A stretch of DNA of 56,770 nucleotides, filler included, from Perkinsus olseni (GCA_013115125.1; 2 parts of 2 records of this genome joined end to end with filler, not necessarily neighbours in it); one strand, 5' to 3'; shown: positions 11,895 to 24,165, numbered from the whole stretch's first letter. Numbers and translations: made by a program. The notes: generated from the sequence alone by a model not told the origin.

Positions 11895-12336
11895 TTTATA
11901 TGGTTTTATTCACGAAGTAGATGTTGCTGAGGTGTAGCCAATTCATTATGATTCACCATCGGCTGCGAGTGGCTCCAGCTAGTGAATGTGTTTTTGTCGA
12001 ACGATTTTCAGGAATTCACTCACCGTTAACCGCACACCTTCGAATTGCTACCCAGCCAACGCAACTATCGAGGATGTTGGCAAATCAGAGGATTAACAAA
12101 TAATGACCAGCATGTTCCTCTTATGGGAACAGAACCTCATAAAGGTTCCACAACTGAAGACCAGGGTGTCGTGCTCGGGCCAGGCCTCGGCTCGAGCAAC
12201 AGACGTTCTATCAGAGCACGCCACCGCATTAAACATAAAAATGACACAGATAGAGGTTGTGACTGATCCTACATCCCTTATGCCCCGTCCATCACTGAAG
12301 AATGCGAGAAGCGCCGAAAAGTTACCTTGGGATAGA

Positions 12337-13397
12337 CTATGGTGCAGTGAAGATGAAATCACAGACCAAGGGTTTGAGGACGAAATCATCACATGTCTCC
12401 AACTGGGTAGGTTGGAAGCAATAACCATCATCGTTATGATAAAGACCATAACATACTCCATTGCCTTTACAGTAAGAGCCGTACTTAGAATCACCACAGG
12501 ATGACAGACCATCACATACACGATGACAATAAAGGTTCACTTCCTCCTTCATGCCTTCGGTTATATAAACCTTACGACCGTTCAATGGCTGAAGATGCCT
12601 ATAGTTGGGAGCGATGATTTCTCCTTCGGGGCCAACAAAAGCTCTGATGGTCTTCATCTGCTCTTCACTCAGTGTCATTATCGTCCTCGCTACATGCTGA
12701 AGAAGATTTTCATCACATGTACTGTAGGCGCCGATAGGGAACCATCATAACCAAAGAACTTCGTACTCATGTCTTTGGGGATAAGACCGTACAAGTCGAT
12801 GGAATCAACAGTATCGCTACCGTTCTTGATGGCTGCCAAAATTTTGTCAATCTCAGGATTGGCCTCACCAAGTTCAAACAAGACCGTGATGAAAACCAGG
12901 CCGCCGATTTTCCCCTGAGCATCAGGGAAAGGTGTTGCGTATTTCGCGTTGTTATGAACCAAATGAAATCCAGAGGATAGGCCTTACCTGCGAGTCGATG
13001 CTCGCTGCCTGAAGTATCGTTCAAACCCCAATGTGCGTGGAATTGATCGAAGATGAAGGTGTCGTTTTCGAAACCACGAACGTTGGTAACACTGTACTGC
13101 TTCTGACCACCACCGAGCAACACATCAAAACCATACTTAGAGATACTCAAACCAGCATGATCCACTGCACCATAATTGATTTGAAGATCTTTCAGGATAA
13201 CCGACTGATCAATGGCGGCATTCTCAATGGATATCGGTTATTGATGTTTACCCGTAGCACACAAGCCAGGCCACTGGCCTGAGGCCACTCTGCCTGGCCT
13301 GAGGCCAGGCAGACTGATCATCATAGGAATAGTCGAAGCCAGTAGCAAGTTGTTTAACCTGATACAGACCGATGGAGGCAACGGTGATGAGTTTCAT
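12337..13397 (-). pseudogene. Alpha-carbonic anhydrase copy 2 with Cys-rich tail; frameshifted
   Basis: Starts MKLITVASIGLYQ; palindromic insertion at ~13266-13310 gives an early stop; frameshifts near 12965 and 12720; pieces in ORFs 12767-13165, 12690-12962 and 12337-12678. Confidence 0.85.
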
Positions 13398-14423
13398 AGA
13401 TGGACGGGATACAGCTGGGGAGTGCAAACTCGGAATAATTTCGAACTACAGGGCGCCCAACTATGAAGGACGAAATCTGCATACACTGTGATCTGGGAGA
13501 TGTATGGTGGAGATCTATTCGATAGTAATTGTAACAAATTCAACGCTGTCATCAAGGAAGCGCCGATTTTTCCCTTAATGGCTGAAGACTCTGTCAACAC
13601 ACGAAACGACGTCACTTGTTACCAACTATCTTTTGCAAGACGGACGCGTTGTCGGAACTATAGCTGACGCCCCGTTGCCGTTGAGTCACACTTGAGCCAT
13701 GATGGCTCGAGTGGAAAAACTGTCATTAGGGATGGCTCAGCCATCCCTGATGACAGTTTTTTCCGTGTACCGCCAGCTGCACTATGGACGAGATAAGCCG
13801 AATACTTGAGCGAGTGGGCCTCAGCGAATAGATGGCACGCATGCACGTCGATCCTAGTGGGATACTCGCCGCGAGGACGAGATGACTGGGCACCGCACTG
13901 TTGTGCACTGCAGCTTAGTACAACGTAAATAATTGAGACGAGGCTCACTGGGTGGTGAAACCGAACTGGGGAGGGGTGTTGGGTGGACGCATGACCCGTA
14001 GCATGATCTGTAGCGTGATGTAGAATGCATGCTCAAATGCACGCGAGTGCAAGGCCCAAAATGATACCGGGTATAAGTGGGAAGCAAAGCTGTCGTCTAC
14101 TCCTCCGTGAGGGCACACATGCTGTCTGAGAAAGTTCATTGACCATCCAACATAACTTGTGTTATAGGTAATGTGTCACGTGTATGTTCCCACGCATAAG
14201 CCCCCGAAACCCGGTAGTCTGCTCAACAGCTGCAAAGCTTCTTCTCATTTCCTCGATTGCATAGTCCGACCCACACCTAACTATTTTCGGTGTCTACCAC
14301 TACCGTTGAAGCGGGTTCAGCTGCAATTCAGTTCACTCAGGCGCGTTAAGCGAGGACTAGGGCCAGCTTCGACATTCGTGATTTAAACGGGGCTAACCGT
14401 GCCGAAAACTTGCACGGTCACGA

Positions 14424-14680
14424 TTACGGTAATCGGATTACCGTCGAAACCCAAATTGGAGAAAGCTCAGGCTTCACGGTAGAGTCTTCACCAGAGGAAA
14501 GATCCCTTATAAAGTCTGGAAGACTTTCCCAGAAAGTGGCACTTCTGAAGTGCGCCATCCGTTGAGTTTGGAGTTTGAGAATGAGTTTGTCGTTCCGAGT
14601 TTGAGTCTCAAACTCTGACCTGCCGTAGCTTGACAATTTGGGATGCCTCAGTCGGACGGATTTTGGAGTCTCAGCCACTG
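14424..14680 (-). mobile_element. Possible LINE reverse-transcriptase C-terminal remnant within a degraded repeat-rich tract
   Basis: TQTRNDKLILKLQTQRMAHFRSATFWESLPDFIR resembles the TR...F...W..LP tail of CR1/L2-type ORF2. Confidence 0.35.
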
Positions 14681-16970
14681 CAGATGTCCTGGAGGCGATA
14701 GAAAATCGGCAAGGCCCTCAATTTCCGTGAAAGAGTGGGGTCCTATGACTCTCGGTCCAGTAGAGAAGCCGTACGCTCCCTTGCCTTACCCTCGCCTGAG
14801 CGGTGATTTTCACACAGCACCTTCTCGGACAGGATGATGCTCAACTTTTCTGACAAAGATTGTCGTGTAAGTCAATCCGTGAGGCTGGGGACGGCGCCAT
14901 GCAGAATAATCAACAGAGGGGAGTGTGAAAACCCCGTTCAGGTTTCAATATTGAGATTGTGCGTATGAGCTTAGCGAGCAATTTACGTTGCTGAACACTC
15001 CATACTGGATGAAATAGGCCTCTCATCGGCTAGTCGATCCGTAGAGGTATCGCTCCGTACTGAGGTTAATCCCGCAGGGTTTCATCGACGGTGAAACCGG
15101 AACGAAAGGGGACAATATTTGTGTGCTAGCAACATTGGCTAGAGCGCTAGCCAGGATGGATTCACCTTCTCGTAATACTGATAGTTTTCAGGGTGTAATA
15201 TCCTAGTATTGTTGCGTACTACCGTGGTATATCTTCCTCGACGAAAGGGAGGCGGTCCTGCTAAACGCGTGAACTCAAGCCACCTTTCGTTTGTCAGTTT
15301 GTCATCATGTTTTCTTGGTAGCGATTTGAGCGACCCTGCTGCCTCTGCGCGAGTCGATCCATTTGCCTTCACGACACTACGGTCATAGCCGCAGGACTCC
15401 CGGTGGCTGGACTGCGCCTCGCCATAGAGGACGTCGTGACTAGCCCCGAGTCCCCTCTCTCTCCTTCTAGTATCCCAATCTGAGCAGCGGCTCTGCAGCC
15501 TTTGCGTGAGCCGATCAATCCCACCCTACCCACTAACCGAGACTGCGGGTGAGCCTGGACCTGCCCCAATATCCGGGTGTAGGTCCTCGCTGGGCTGGCC
15601 GCTACACGCGCAGGGGTTGTGTACCCGCTGTGCGCAGCCAAACGCAGGAACTGTTGGCGCAAGGCCACAGAAAGGGCATTCACCCCTTGTCGCCCTCACC
15701 GCCTGCAGGTCCGTCGCGGCCACCGACTCGACTCCCAGTCCCCGTAGTTAGAGGTTTCACGTGTTGTTCCGAGAATGTCAGACCAGTACGTCGACTCGAC
15801 GTCTCACTAGTGCCGCGTGACGTTTGGCGAGCGAGCTGATTTCCGGTTTTCGGGTGGGCCCTACGGTTAGGGCCCTACCCTTGGAGTATGGAGTTGTCAG
15901 CTGAAGTCACGTTGCGCCGGTTTGGACGAAAAGCTCATGGACGTGGCACGTCCGACGTGCCTTCGTCCAAGGTGAGGGACTAGAGGTACGCTAAGAGGTT
16001 TGGAACATCGCGTGCTGCTCAGGTTCGGCATCAGTAACTCATTTTGAAGCAGGAAGCAACTGACTATTCGCCCACATCTAAGTCATCGGTCGCATCTTCA
16101 CTGCCGATATCTACGAAGTCACCTCTCCCTGAGCGAACCCAGTGGAATTGCCCCATGGTGGAACCCGAGGGAGCCGTCGACTTATCTCGGGGTCACTGGC
16201 CCACCCATGTCTCCTACTAGGCCCCTAGTCTATCCGCGTATAGATGCTCCGCCTTCATGTTTGAGTGCCTGAGAGCGATGGCCATGCCTCCCTTCACCAT
16301 TTGATGCCGATCTATGCCACGGATTCTACAGTGTTGATAACGAAATCCGCGACGACCGGTAGGGCCTACCGGGTAGGCTGCTGGCTGCCATCTGGCGGCA
16401 GCGGCGCGTAGATTCACATAACAACTGAGAAATCCTCAGTGAGAATATCAAGGTGCAAGAGCTGGTTCACGAGCTATTAACCACCCAAACGCCTCGTGAG
16501 AGCCTACCATTTGGTCTGTTGAAGCTCTCTGAATGTCGACAACCAGTCAATAAACAATCTGCCAGTCAACTGCCAGTAGACAACTCGTGACCCGAGAGTC
16601 CCGTGGACGGATCTCCGCGCCACGGAAGAGCTGTCTGTTTATCACAGGCATTACGTTTGCGTCCCTTATTCATACGATCTCGAGGCACTCAGTCCGTCGG
16701 TAGAGTTTGCGGGAGCGATCCAGACAACCCAGTGTTCCCACCTTTTCAGCCATCGTGAGACCGCGTTGTTGTATTTCATGGTGGAGCGCAGGACAATCGG
16801 TAGACGGTCATCAGGCCACCCGGCTCCACGACCGATTTCTCAATAGCTAGGGCACCAACGCATGAGCAAAACCGAGCGGGTTTCGACCTTGGGAAGCTTC
16901 TTCGAGTGTGAGCTGGAGTCTTTCGAATTGTGCAGCTTCTACAGGCTTCAGATAGCATCCCACTTTCAAA

Positions 16971-18076
16971 ATGATCAGCTTTCTCTCTACTTGCTTGCTA
17001 GTGGCTCAGCTTCTGGTAACTACAAGCGCATACTACATTGGCAAGTTCGTTCACGATGGGCACGACTTCACCATGGCCTATGAGGTGAACAAAGAGGGTT
17101 AAGTCAGATTGTCGTTCAAGGTTCCTGGTCAGCCAGCATTCACCAGCACGCCGTACCCCCTGCATGAACCTTCGAATACTTACACCGTCGACTTCACAGG
17201 CTCGTTCGAAGGGGTTCGCCACTGGTATGAGCGTATCCGTGGCCTTTACCAAGCAGCTCATATCAAGGATGATGACTTGACCGTTCTCAGTCTCGTGAAC
17301 AGTGATATCCTCTTCGCTAAGTTCGAAGGCCGAGAGCTCAAGTTCACCAGGCAACCTGACAGCTCGCCCTCAGACGCTCAGTACATTGGCGAGTACGTTC
17401 ACGTTGGGGACGACTTCATCATGTCCTACGCGCTGAGAATTGATGGTAAAGTCAAATTCTCGTTCAAGGTGCCTGGCCAACCAACGTTCACCAGCGTGTC
17501 GCACTCCCTGCACGGACCTTCGCATGTTTACACAGTCGACTTCACGGGCTCGTTCGAAGGGGTTCGCTACTGGTATAAGCGTATCCGTTGCCTTCACCAA
17601 TAAGTCCACATCAAGGATAATGACTTGACCGCTCTCAGTTTCGTGAACGGTTATATTCTCTTCGCCAAGTTCGAAGGCCAAGAGCTCAAGTTTACCAGAC
17701 GGTCTGATCGCGTGCCCTTTGACGCTCAGTATATTGGAAGATTCGTTTACGACGGCGACGACTTCACTATGGCCTCGAGCTGGACGACGAGGGCGGAGCC
17801 AAATTCTCGTGAGAGGTGCCTGACAAGCCAGCGTTCACCAGCATTGCATATCCCGTCACTGGAGGTCCGAATGCTTACGCCATCGACTTCACAGGCTCGT
17901 TCGAAGGGGTTCGCCACTGGTATAAACGTATCCGCGGCATTCACCAAGGAGTTGATATCAAGGACGGTGACTTGACCTCTCTTATTTTGACCAATGGTGG
18001 TATCGTCGCCACGTTCGACGGCCTAGAGTTCAGGTTCACCCGACGCCCCTACCCCCGGGCAAATCTGCGGAAGTGA
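16971..18076 (+). pseudogene. Decayed intronless secreted protein with three tandem 116-aa (348-bp) repeats
   Basis: Signal-like MISFLSTCLLVAQLLVTTSA; repeat starts YIG at 17034, 17382, 17730; shared motif Y..DFTGSFEGVR.WY.RIR; in-frame TAA at 17100 and 17601, frameshift and stop at ~17775-17810. Confidence 0.8.
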
Positions 18077-20287
18077 GTAACCTCCGGTCGATGGACTTCG
18101 CTACTGAGGGCACGAGCCGTGCCGTCGATGACGAGGAACCACGATGATGATGCTCGATCTTTTCTCAGCTGTAGAGCTATCGTTGGACATACCGTTCTAA
18201 CACTGTCACTGCCATTGTTTCATCTATCTATTTCAGTCATATATGGACCGCCGGGCACCCGCTGGTCTGATCTCGTCTTTTCAAGAACTGAAAAGACTCA
18301 ATTTGGGCGCTGCAGCAAGCAGTGATCACCTGCCGTGCAAATTGTGATGTTCTATGAAGTATCCGGAACGCCCTGCGATAATGCACATGTATCAGGATGG
18401 GAATGGTTCCAATATGGACGGCCTCAGGGAACAGTTTACTCAGGACTCTCACGAGCCTTGCATTAACCCTTAGGGGAGCGAAGTTTTTTGAGGCGAGCTT
18501 GTTACTGAATCAGCAACTTCACAGTCATGATTGATCACCAGACTGATACGAAGCTTGCAGGTTCAATCTAACTCAGTTTTCATCCCGCCAAACTGCACTT
18601 GCGTTTCATTGAGTTTCCTGGTCATCGCGATGCGAAGTTGAGCTGCGCCGCCGGTGTGTAAGCGGGAGATGAGGACGTAGGATGACATAGATAAGGACTA
18701 TAGTATGTCATACACATCTTTTACTAAAATCCTCACCGGTCGACGGACCCAACCTGCGAGCTCCGCGAAGTGGGACCGCGAGGTAACCCCTCCTCAGTCA
18801 CACGCTTCCGAGGGCTTGGGGCAACGCTGACGACGAAGAACCAAACCTGATCAGAAGAATCTCCCGGGTTGTTCGAGAGTCATGAAATAAAAGGCGGGAT
18901 CGGAGTTCCTGAAAGTTTCCGCTAGTGGGTCGTGTGGAGAAAGTTGGAACCACATTCATTATCAAGTTAGTCGGGTGGCACGGAGTTGTCCTATTCGACT
19001 GCTGAGCAGTCACTGCTCCTATCTGTTCCGTTATATCGCCAGAATAACGGATATATGGATGGACTGGCAGTTGTCGAGTGGGAGTTGGGTGAGGACCCCT
19101 CCCACACTTTGAGGTTTCTAGGGTTTCTCAACAAAGATAACAACCTACGCATGGCTACCGAACGCAGTGAGCACAGCAGCGGACAGCAGTGCTCGCGAAG
19201 AGTTCTTCTTTCCTGGGATTAGACGGTCGTCCGATCCATATCATCGGGATTGGACGATCATCTAATATTGGCCAAATGACAGGTTTACACGTACTTGCGG
19301 CGAGAAGAGCGTCACAACAGGGATATCAGCGTTCGTCCCGACTTGCAAATGCGGTGGTACTTGCGGTTTGCACAGATTGAGAATACAGTCAGAGTCGCTC
19401 ATCGACGTTTTCACAGGAATTCATCAGCGACAATGAACGTAGAAGACCGCAGCACCGGGTGGACAGAACGGAGATTGCACCAGCTGGCACCTGAAAGAGA
19501 TTTTGAAGACCACTACTGTGTAGAATTGGCCCGACAGCTGGCGCGCTTTATGACGAGAGACTTGGCGATCGTATCATGTACAACACGATATATATGGAGT
19601 TCCTATCAATGAACGAAGAGAACGGGATAACGATAGCGGGTGTGATACTACAGGAACTGGTGGTTTATTCACTCAACAAGATTCGGAAGAAGATTGCGCT
19701 ACGCCTACCGCGCGCATCGAATGCAGCCGCAATGCACATTACAAGATACTTCCCCTTATGAGACACTCGCCCTCCGTGTAAATATTTGAGTGCGGACTGA
19801 GAGTCTAAACGAAGCCGGTAGATGATACCCCGACGAGGGGAACAGCAATCTCGAAGCTGAACGGCGCGCTGCCTAGATTTTTAAGATTTGCAATTCCAGC
19901 CACGTTGAACTACTCTCTGCTGCCCAGACGACAGATAAAATGCAGCGCATTACGAAGATCCGGAACGGGTCCTGGCGTTCGAAGCACTGAGGATATAATG
20001 CAGGGAGCATGGAGCATTAAATTACAGGTCCCTCAGTTAGTCGAGGGGACCCACCCCCGCTGTCGACCTGAAACGGCGTGCTAATCGATTAGTCACGCAC
20101 AGTAAAGATTCGTCTAGCTTATTTGTGGATTGTAGTAGCTTATTCGTCTAGCTGAAAAGGCTAGCTCAGATGAAATTGCAAATTGCCATTTTGTGAGTCC
20201 GGAAGTGGTATGGTATGATTCAGTAAGTAGTGAATAGTAAGGCGTGCAGGCTAGATTTTGTCCTTGGCAGCTGTTTTCCCTCTCCTC

Positions 20288-21313
20288 ATGAAGTGCCTCA
20301 GCGTTGCCTCCATCGGTCTGCATCAGATCGCATTGGCTGCTACTGGTTCTGATTGGTCCTATGATGATCAGTCTGCCTGGCCTGGTATGTGTGCCGAGGG
20401 TAAATCTCAATCGCCGATATCCATTGAGACCGCTGCTGTCGACCAGTCGGTTATCTTAAAAGATCTTCAAATCAATTATGGTCCAATTGATGATGCTGGT
20501 CTGAGTATCTCGAATTATGGTATTGGCGTGTCAGTCGAAGGTGAGCAGAAGGAATACAATATTGGTAACGTCCGTATGTATGAAGAAGACACCTTCGTTT
20601 TGGATCATTTCCACGCTCATTGGGGTTTGACCGACGAGTCAGGCAGCGAGCATCTACTCGAAGGTATGGCCCATCCGATGGAAGTTCACTTTGTTCATTA
20701 CAACGAGAAATACGGAAGTGTCGGGGATGATAAGGGGAAGGCTGGTGGCCTGGCTGTCTTGGGCGTCTTCTTTGAGATTGGTGACGCCAACCCTGAGATT
20801 GAGAAGATTCTCGAAGCCGTGAAGACCGGTAGCGACACTTTTGGCTCCATCGACTTGTACGGTTTAATCCCGGAGGATGCGGGTACAAAGTTCTTTGGTT
20901 ATGATGGTTCCCTCACCACACCTACCTGTGATGAGAATCTTCTTTGGCATGTGGCGAAGACGACAATGACAATGAGTGAGGATCAGATGAAGATGCTCAG
21001 GTCTGCTGTTGGCCCCGATGGAGATGTCATCGCCCCCAACTATAGAGATGCTCAACCATTGAACGGTCGTAAGGTTTATATAACCGAAGGCTTGAAGGAG
21101 GAGGTGAACCTTTATTGTCATCGTGTATGTGATGGTCTGTCATCCTGTGGTGATTCTAAGTACGGCTCTTACTGTAAAGGCAATGGAGTATGTTATGGTC
21201 TTTATCATAAGGATGATGGTTATTGCTTCCAACCTACTGAGTCCGACACTTGTGATGATTCCGTGCTTGAACCCGTTATGTGCTCTCCCTATACGACCGG
21301 GTTCACTATTTAA
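20288..21313 (+). CDS. Secreted alpha-carbonic anhydrase copy 3 with C-terminal 8-Cys module
   Basis: Signal-like MKCLSVASIGLHQIALA; Zn-ligand His motifs HFHAHWG and EVHFVH; tail YCHRVCDGLSSCGDSKYGSYCKGNGVCYGLYHKDDGYCFQPTESDTCDDSVLEPVMC; intronless. Confidence 0.93.
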   Translation: MKCLSVASIGLHQIALAATGSDWSYDDQSAWPGMCAEGKSQSPISIETAAVDQSVILKDLQINYGPIDDAGLSISNYGIGVSVEGEQKEYNIGNVRMYEEDTFVLDHFHAHWGLTDESGSEHLLEGMAHPMEVHFVHYNEKYGSVGDDKGKAGGLAVLGVFFEIGDANPEIEKILEAVKTGSDTFGSIDLYGLIPEDAGTKFFGYDGSLTTPTCDENLLWHVAKTTMTMSEDQMKMLRSAVGPDGDVIAPNYRDAQPLNGRKVYITEGLKEEVNLYCHRVCDGLSSCGDSKYGSYCKGNGVCYGLYHKDDGYCFQPTESDTCDDSVLEPVMCSPYTTGFTI

Positions 21314-23139
21314 AATTTGACTTCTGAACAACTTGAGTCTTGATTAGTTGCTATCGATCTCGTAGCTTTTTTTTCAACTCAAATTGACATGAAATCGTAA
21401 TCTCATCTTTTAGTAAGTGGTAATTCGTTGTCGAGTTGCGAGTTGTCTTAGCAACTATCGCGTAGACTCTAACCTGAGTCATTGCAGTAGATATGTGCAT
21501 TTGGCGGAAAGTGATTCGGATAGGGGTATGGTAGCGATCGGGTAGAAGCTTCGTTGGCGAGATTTTCAATGGCTCTGCGCAGCGAACTCTCAGGGCGATG
21601 CGAGGAGGGATGGTGGTTCAGCCACCGTGGTCGACTAGCAGCTTGCTAGTAGAAAGACGAATTATAGAGAACTCTTATAACCCGACGTTCGGTATTGTCG
21701 AGCGTCGCGACTCCGCATTATTTGCTGTCAGTCTCGTCTGCGGAAGGCTATCAGAATATTGTATATCTAAGACGAACGGGTCGTTTCATGCCCATGGACT
21801 GTCTCGTTTCTCAAAGCGAATCACGACAGTTTCGTCTTGGTTGATATAAGTCGTTATTACCGCAGCAGTGTAACTACCTCTCACTGCAGAAGCTCGCCCG
21901 TGAGGGCAGGGGTTCTTGTTGAAGACAGTGAGGACTCGAAAGACCAGCAGTACGCGAGCCGAATCAACCTAAGACAATCCACAACCCAGAAGTTGTATTT
22001 AACAGGATGAATGCGATGTAACGGTCACCTGCCTTAGAAACGCTGACGCTTTTTGACGCCAAGGGAAGATCGAACCTGAGGTTCTTGCCATTGAGGTCGT
22101 AGCGAATAAAGAGGTATCCTCGACACGCTATGAGAGGGCAGAGAGGATAACATCGTTACAATGATTGGGGAAACGACCAGCACAATGAAAACACCGGCTG
22201 AGGTGTGGCCGGCCGTGGCAATCTCAAGGAGGGTTGAAGGTCGATCTCTGCAGGTTAGCTTTTCTCGGAGCTCATAAGCTAGCCATCGCCGGCTCCCATC
22301 GATTACTTTAGTTAACAGTCATGCACTGGCCTTAATCATCTTCGACATCCTCAGTACATCGTGTGAGAGGCATTGCTCTCGATAGGTAGAAGGCAAGTCT
22401 ATAACGGCGTCAAGAGCGTGATACAAATTGGAGTTGATTCAGACCATACTGTAAAGTAAAGTCCGCAACGGGAGCTGGTAATGTTGCGCGCTTGGTTGTT
22501 CTACACTGTGGTCGCTGCATTGAGAGGGCTATACGTGAGCGGAAGCTGCGCATCCACCCCCATTCACGATTGAATTCACTCCATCGCAGCCACTCCCCTG
22601 GCTAACGAATGGCCTAGGTTCTGTACAGTCCGCTTCGCGGAGCCTTGGAAGACGAGTCTAGAAAACCTCTACCGGTCTATTAGCTCAATCCACCCGAGCA
22701 GATGGCCCTCCAGCGGGTAACTATTCATGTATGCCAGCTCAGGCACAGCCGTTGCGCAGCGATCTGGTCATAGACCGTGTTTTGAAAGAGAAAATCGCAG
22801 ATTTTCAATCGCTGATTTGGTGTAGTGGGGTGTCATCCACTACTAGCTCCGGAAGTTCTTCGTCCCGCTGAAACTCTCCATTGATCCACTGCTGGTTCGT
22901 CCGAATTCCATCCTGCGGATGGAAGCAAGGCGCTCTGAAAAATATGGCATATCTGCGAGGAATCACCGACCAGATAATTGTGTGTTGGTGGTTCAAGTGA
23001 CGGGACATATCGCACCACACAAAAGGCTAGTAGCCGAACATCATTACAGCCTGCCATTCGTAATTCGATTATCCGCAGTTACTCGGTCTATCTCCTAATT
23101 CTTAGGGTGTGCTCTTCAGTTGCTTCTCCTTCTTCTTCA

Positions 23140-24165
23140 ATGAAGTGCCTCACCGTTGCCTCCATCGGTCTGTATCAGATCGCATTGGCTGCTACTGGTT
23201 CTGATTGGTCCTATGATGATCAGTCTGCCTGGCCTGGTATGTGTGCCGAGGGTAAATCTCAATCGCCGATATCCATTGAGACCGCTGCTGTCGACCAGTC
23301 GGTTATCTTAGAAGATCTTCAAATTAATTATGGTCCAATTGATGATGCTGGTCTGAGTATCTCAAATTATGGTATTGGCGTGTCAGTCGAAGGTGAGCAG
23401 AAGAAATACAATATTGGTAACGTCCGTATGTATGAAGAAGACACCTTCGTTTTGGATCATTTCCACGCTCATTGGGGATTGACCGACGAGTCAGGCAGCG
23501 AGCATCTACTCGAAGGTATGGCCTATCCGATGGAAGTTCACTTTGTTCATTACAACGAGAAATACGGAAGTGTCGGGGATGCTAAGGGGAAGGCTGGTGG
23601 CCTGGCTGTCTTGGGCGTCTTCTTTGAGATTGGTGAGTTTAACCCCGAGGTTGAGAAGATTCACGAAGCCATCATGGCGGGCAGCGACGCTGTTGATTCC
23701 GTCGACTTGTACGGTTTAATCCCGGAGGATGCGGGTACAAAGTTCTTTGGTTATGAGGGTTCCCTCACCACACCTACCTGCGATGAAAATCTTCTTTGGC
23801 ATGTGGCGAAGACGACAATGACAATGAGTGAGGATCAGATGGAGATGCTCAGGTCTGCTGTTGGCCCCGATGGAGATGTCATCGCCCCCAACTATAGAGA
23901 TGCTCAACCATTGAACGGTCGTAAGGTTTATATAAGCGAAGGCTTGAAGGAGGAGGTGAACCTTTATTGTCATCGTGTATGTGATGGTCTGTCATCCTGT
24001 GGTGATTCTAAGTACGGCTCTTACTGTAAAGGCAATGGAGTATGTTATGGTCTTTATCATAAGGATGATGGTTATTGCTTCCAACCTACTGAGTCCGACA
24101 CTTGTGATGATTCCGTGCTCGAACCCGTTATGTGCTCTCCCTACACGACCGGGTTCACTATTTAA
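23140..24165 (+). CDS. Secreted alpha-carbonic anhydrase copy 4 with C-terminal 8-Cys module
   Basis: Same length and nearly identical to copy 3; ATG at 23140. Confidence 0.93.
   Translation: MKCLTVASIGLYQIALAATGSDWSYDDQSAWPGMCAEGKSQSPISIETAAVDQSVILEDLQINYGPIDDAGLSISNYGIGVSVEGEQKKYNIGNVRMYEEDTFVLDHFHAHWGLTDESGSEHLLEGMAYPMEVHFVHYNEKYGSVGDAKGKAGGLAVLGVFFEIGEFNPEVEKIHEAIMAGSDAVDSVDLYGLIPEDAGTKFFGYEGSLTTPTCDENLLWHVAKTTMTMSEDQMEMLRSAVGPDGDVIAPNYRDAQPLNGRKVYISEGLKEEVNLYCHRVCDGLSSCGDSKYGSYCKGNGVCYGLYHKDDGYCFQPTESDTCDDSVLEPVMCSPYTTGFTI

Noticed and set aside
13691-13711. Minus-strand AGCCATCATGGCTCAAG resembling the perkinsid/dinoflagellate spliced leader 3' end
   Set aside because: 5' part does not match, no GT donor follows, it is ~300 bp from the CA start, and it is explained by the local AGCCAT/ATGGCT palindrome.
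17100-17603. Two in-frame TAA codons suggesting stop-codon reassignment
   Set aside because: They align to different residues in sister repeats (Lys; Ala/Gly), the gene also has a frameshift, and TAA terminates intact genes here.
17034-18076. Regularly spaced repeats as a CRISPR-like array
   Set aside because: Whole 348-bp units are homologous and coding; no unique spacers or cas genes.
18800-19760. Short ORFs between the repeat gene and CA copy 3 (also 21900-22900 and 55700-56500)
   Set aside because: No recognisable motif or consistent splice structure.
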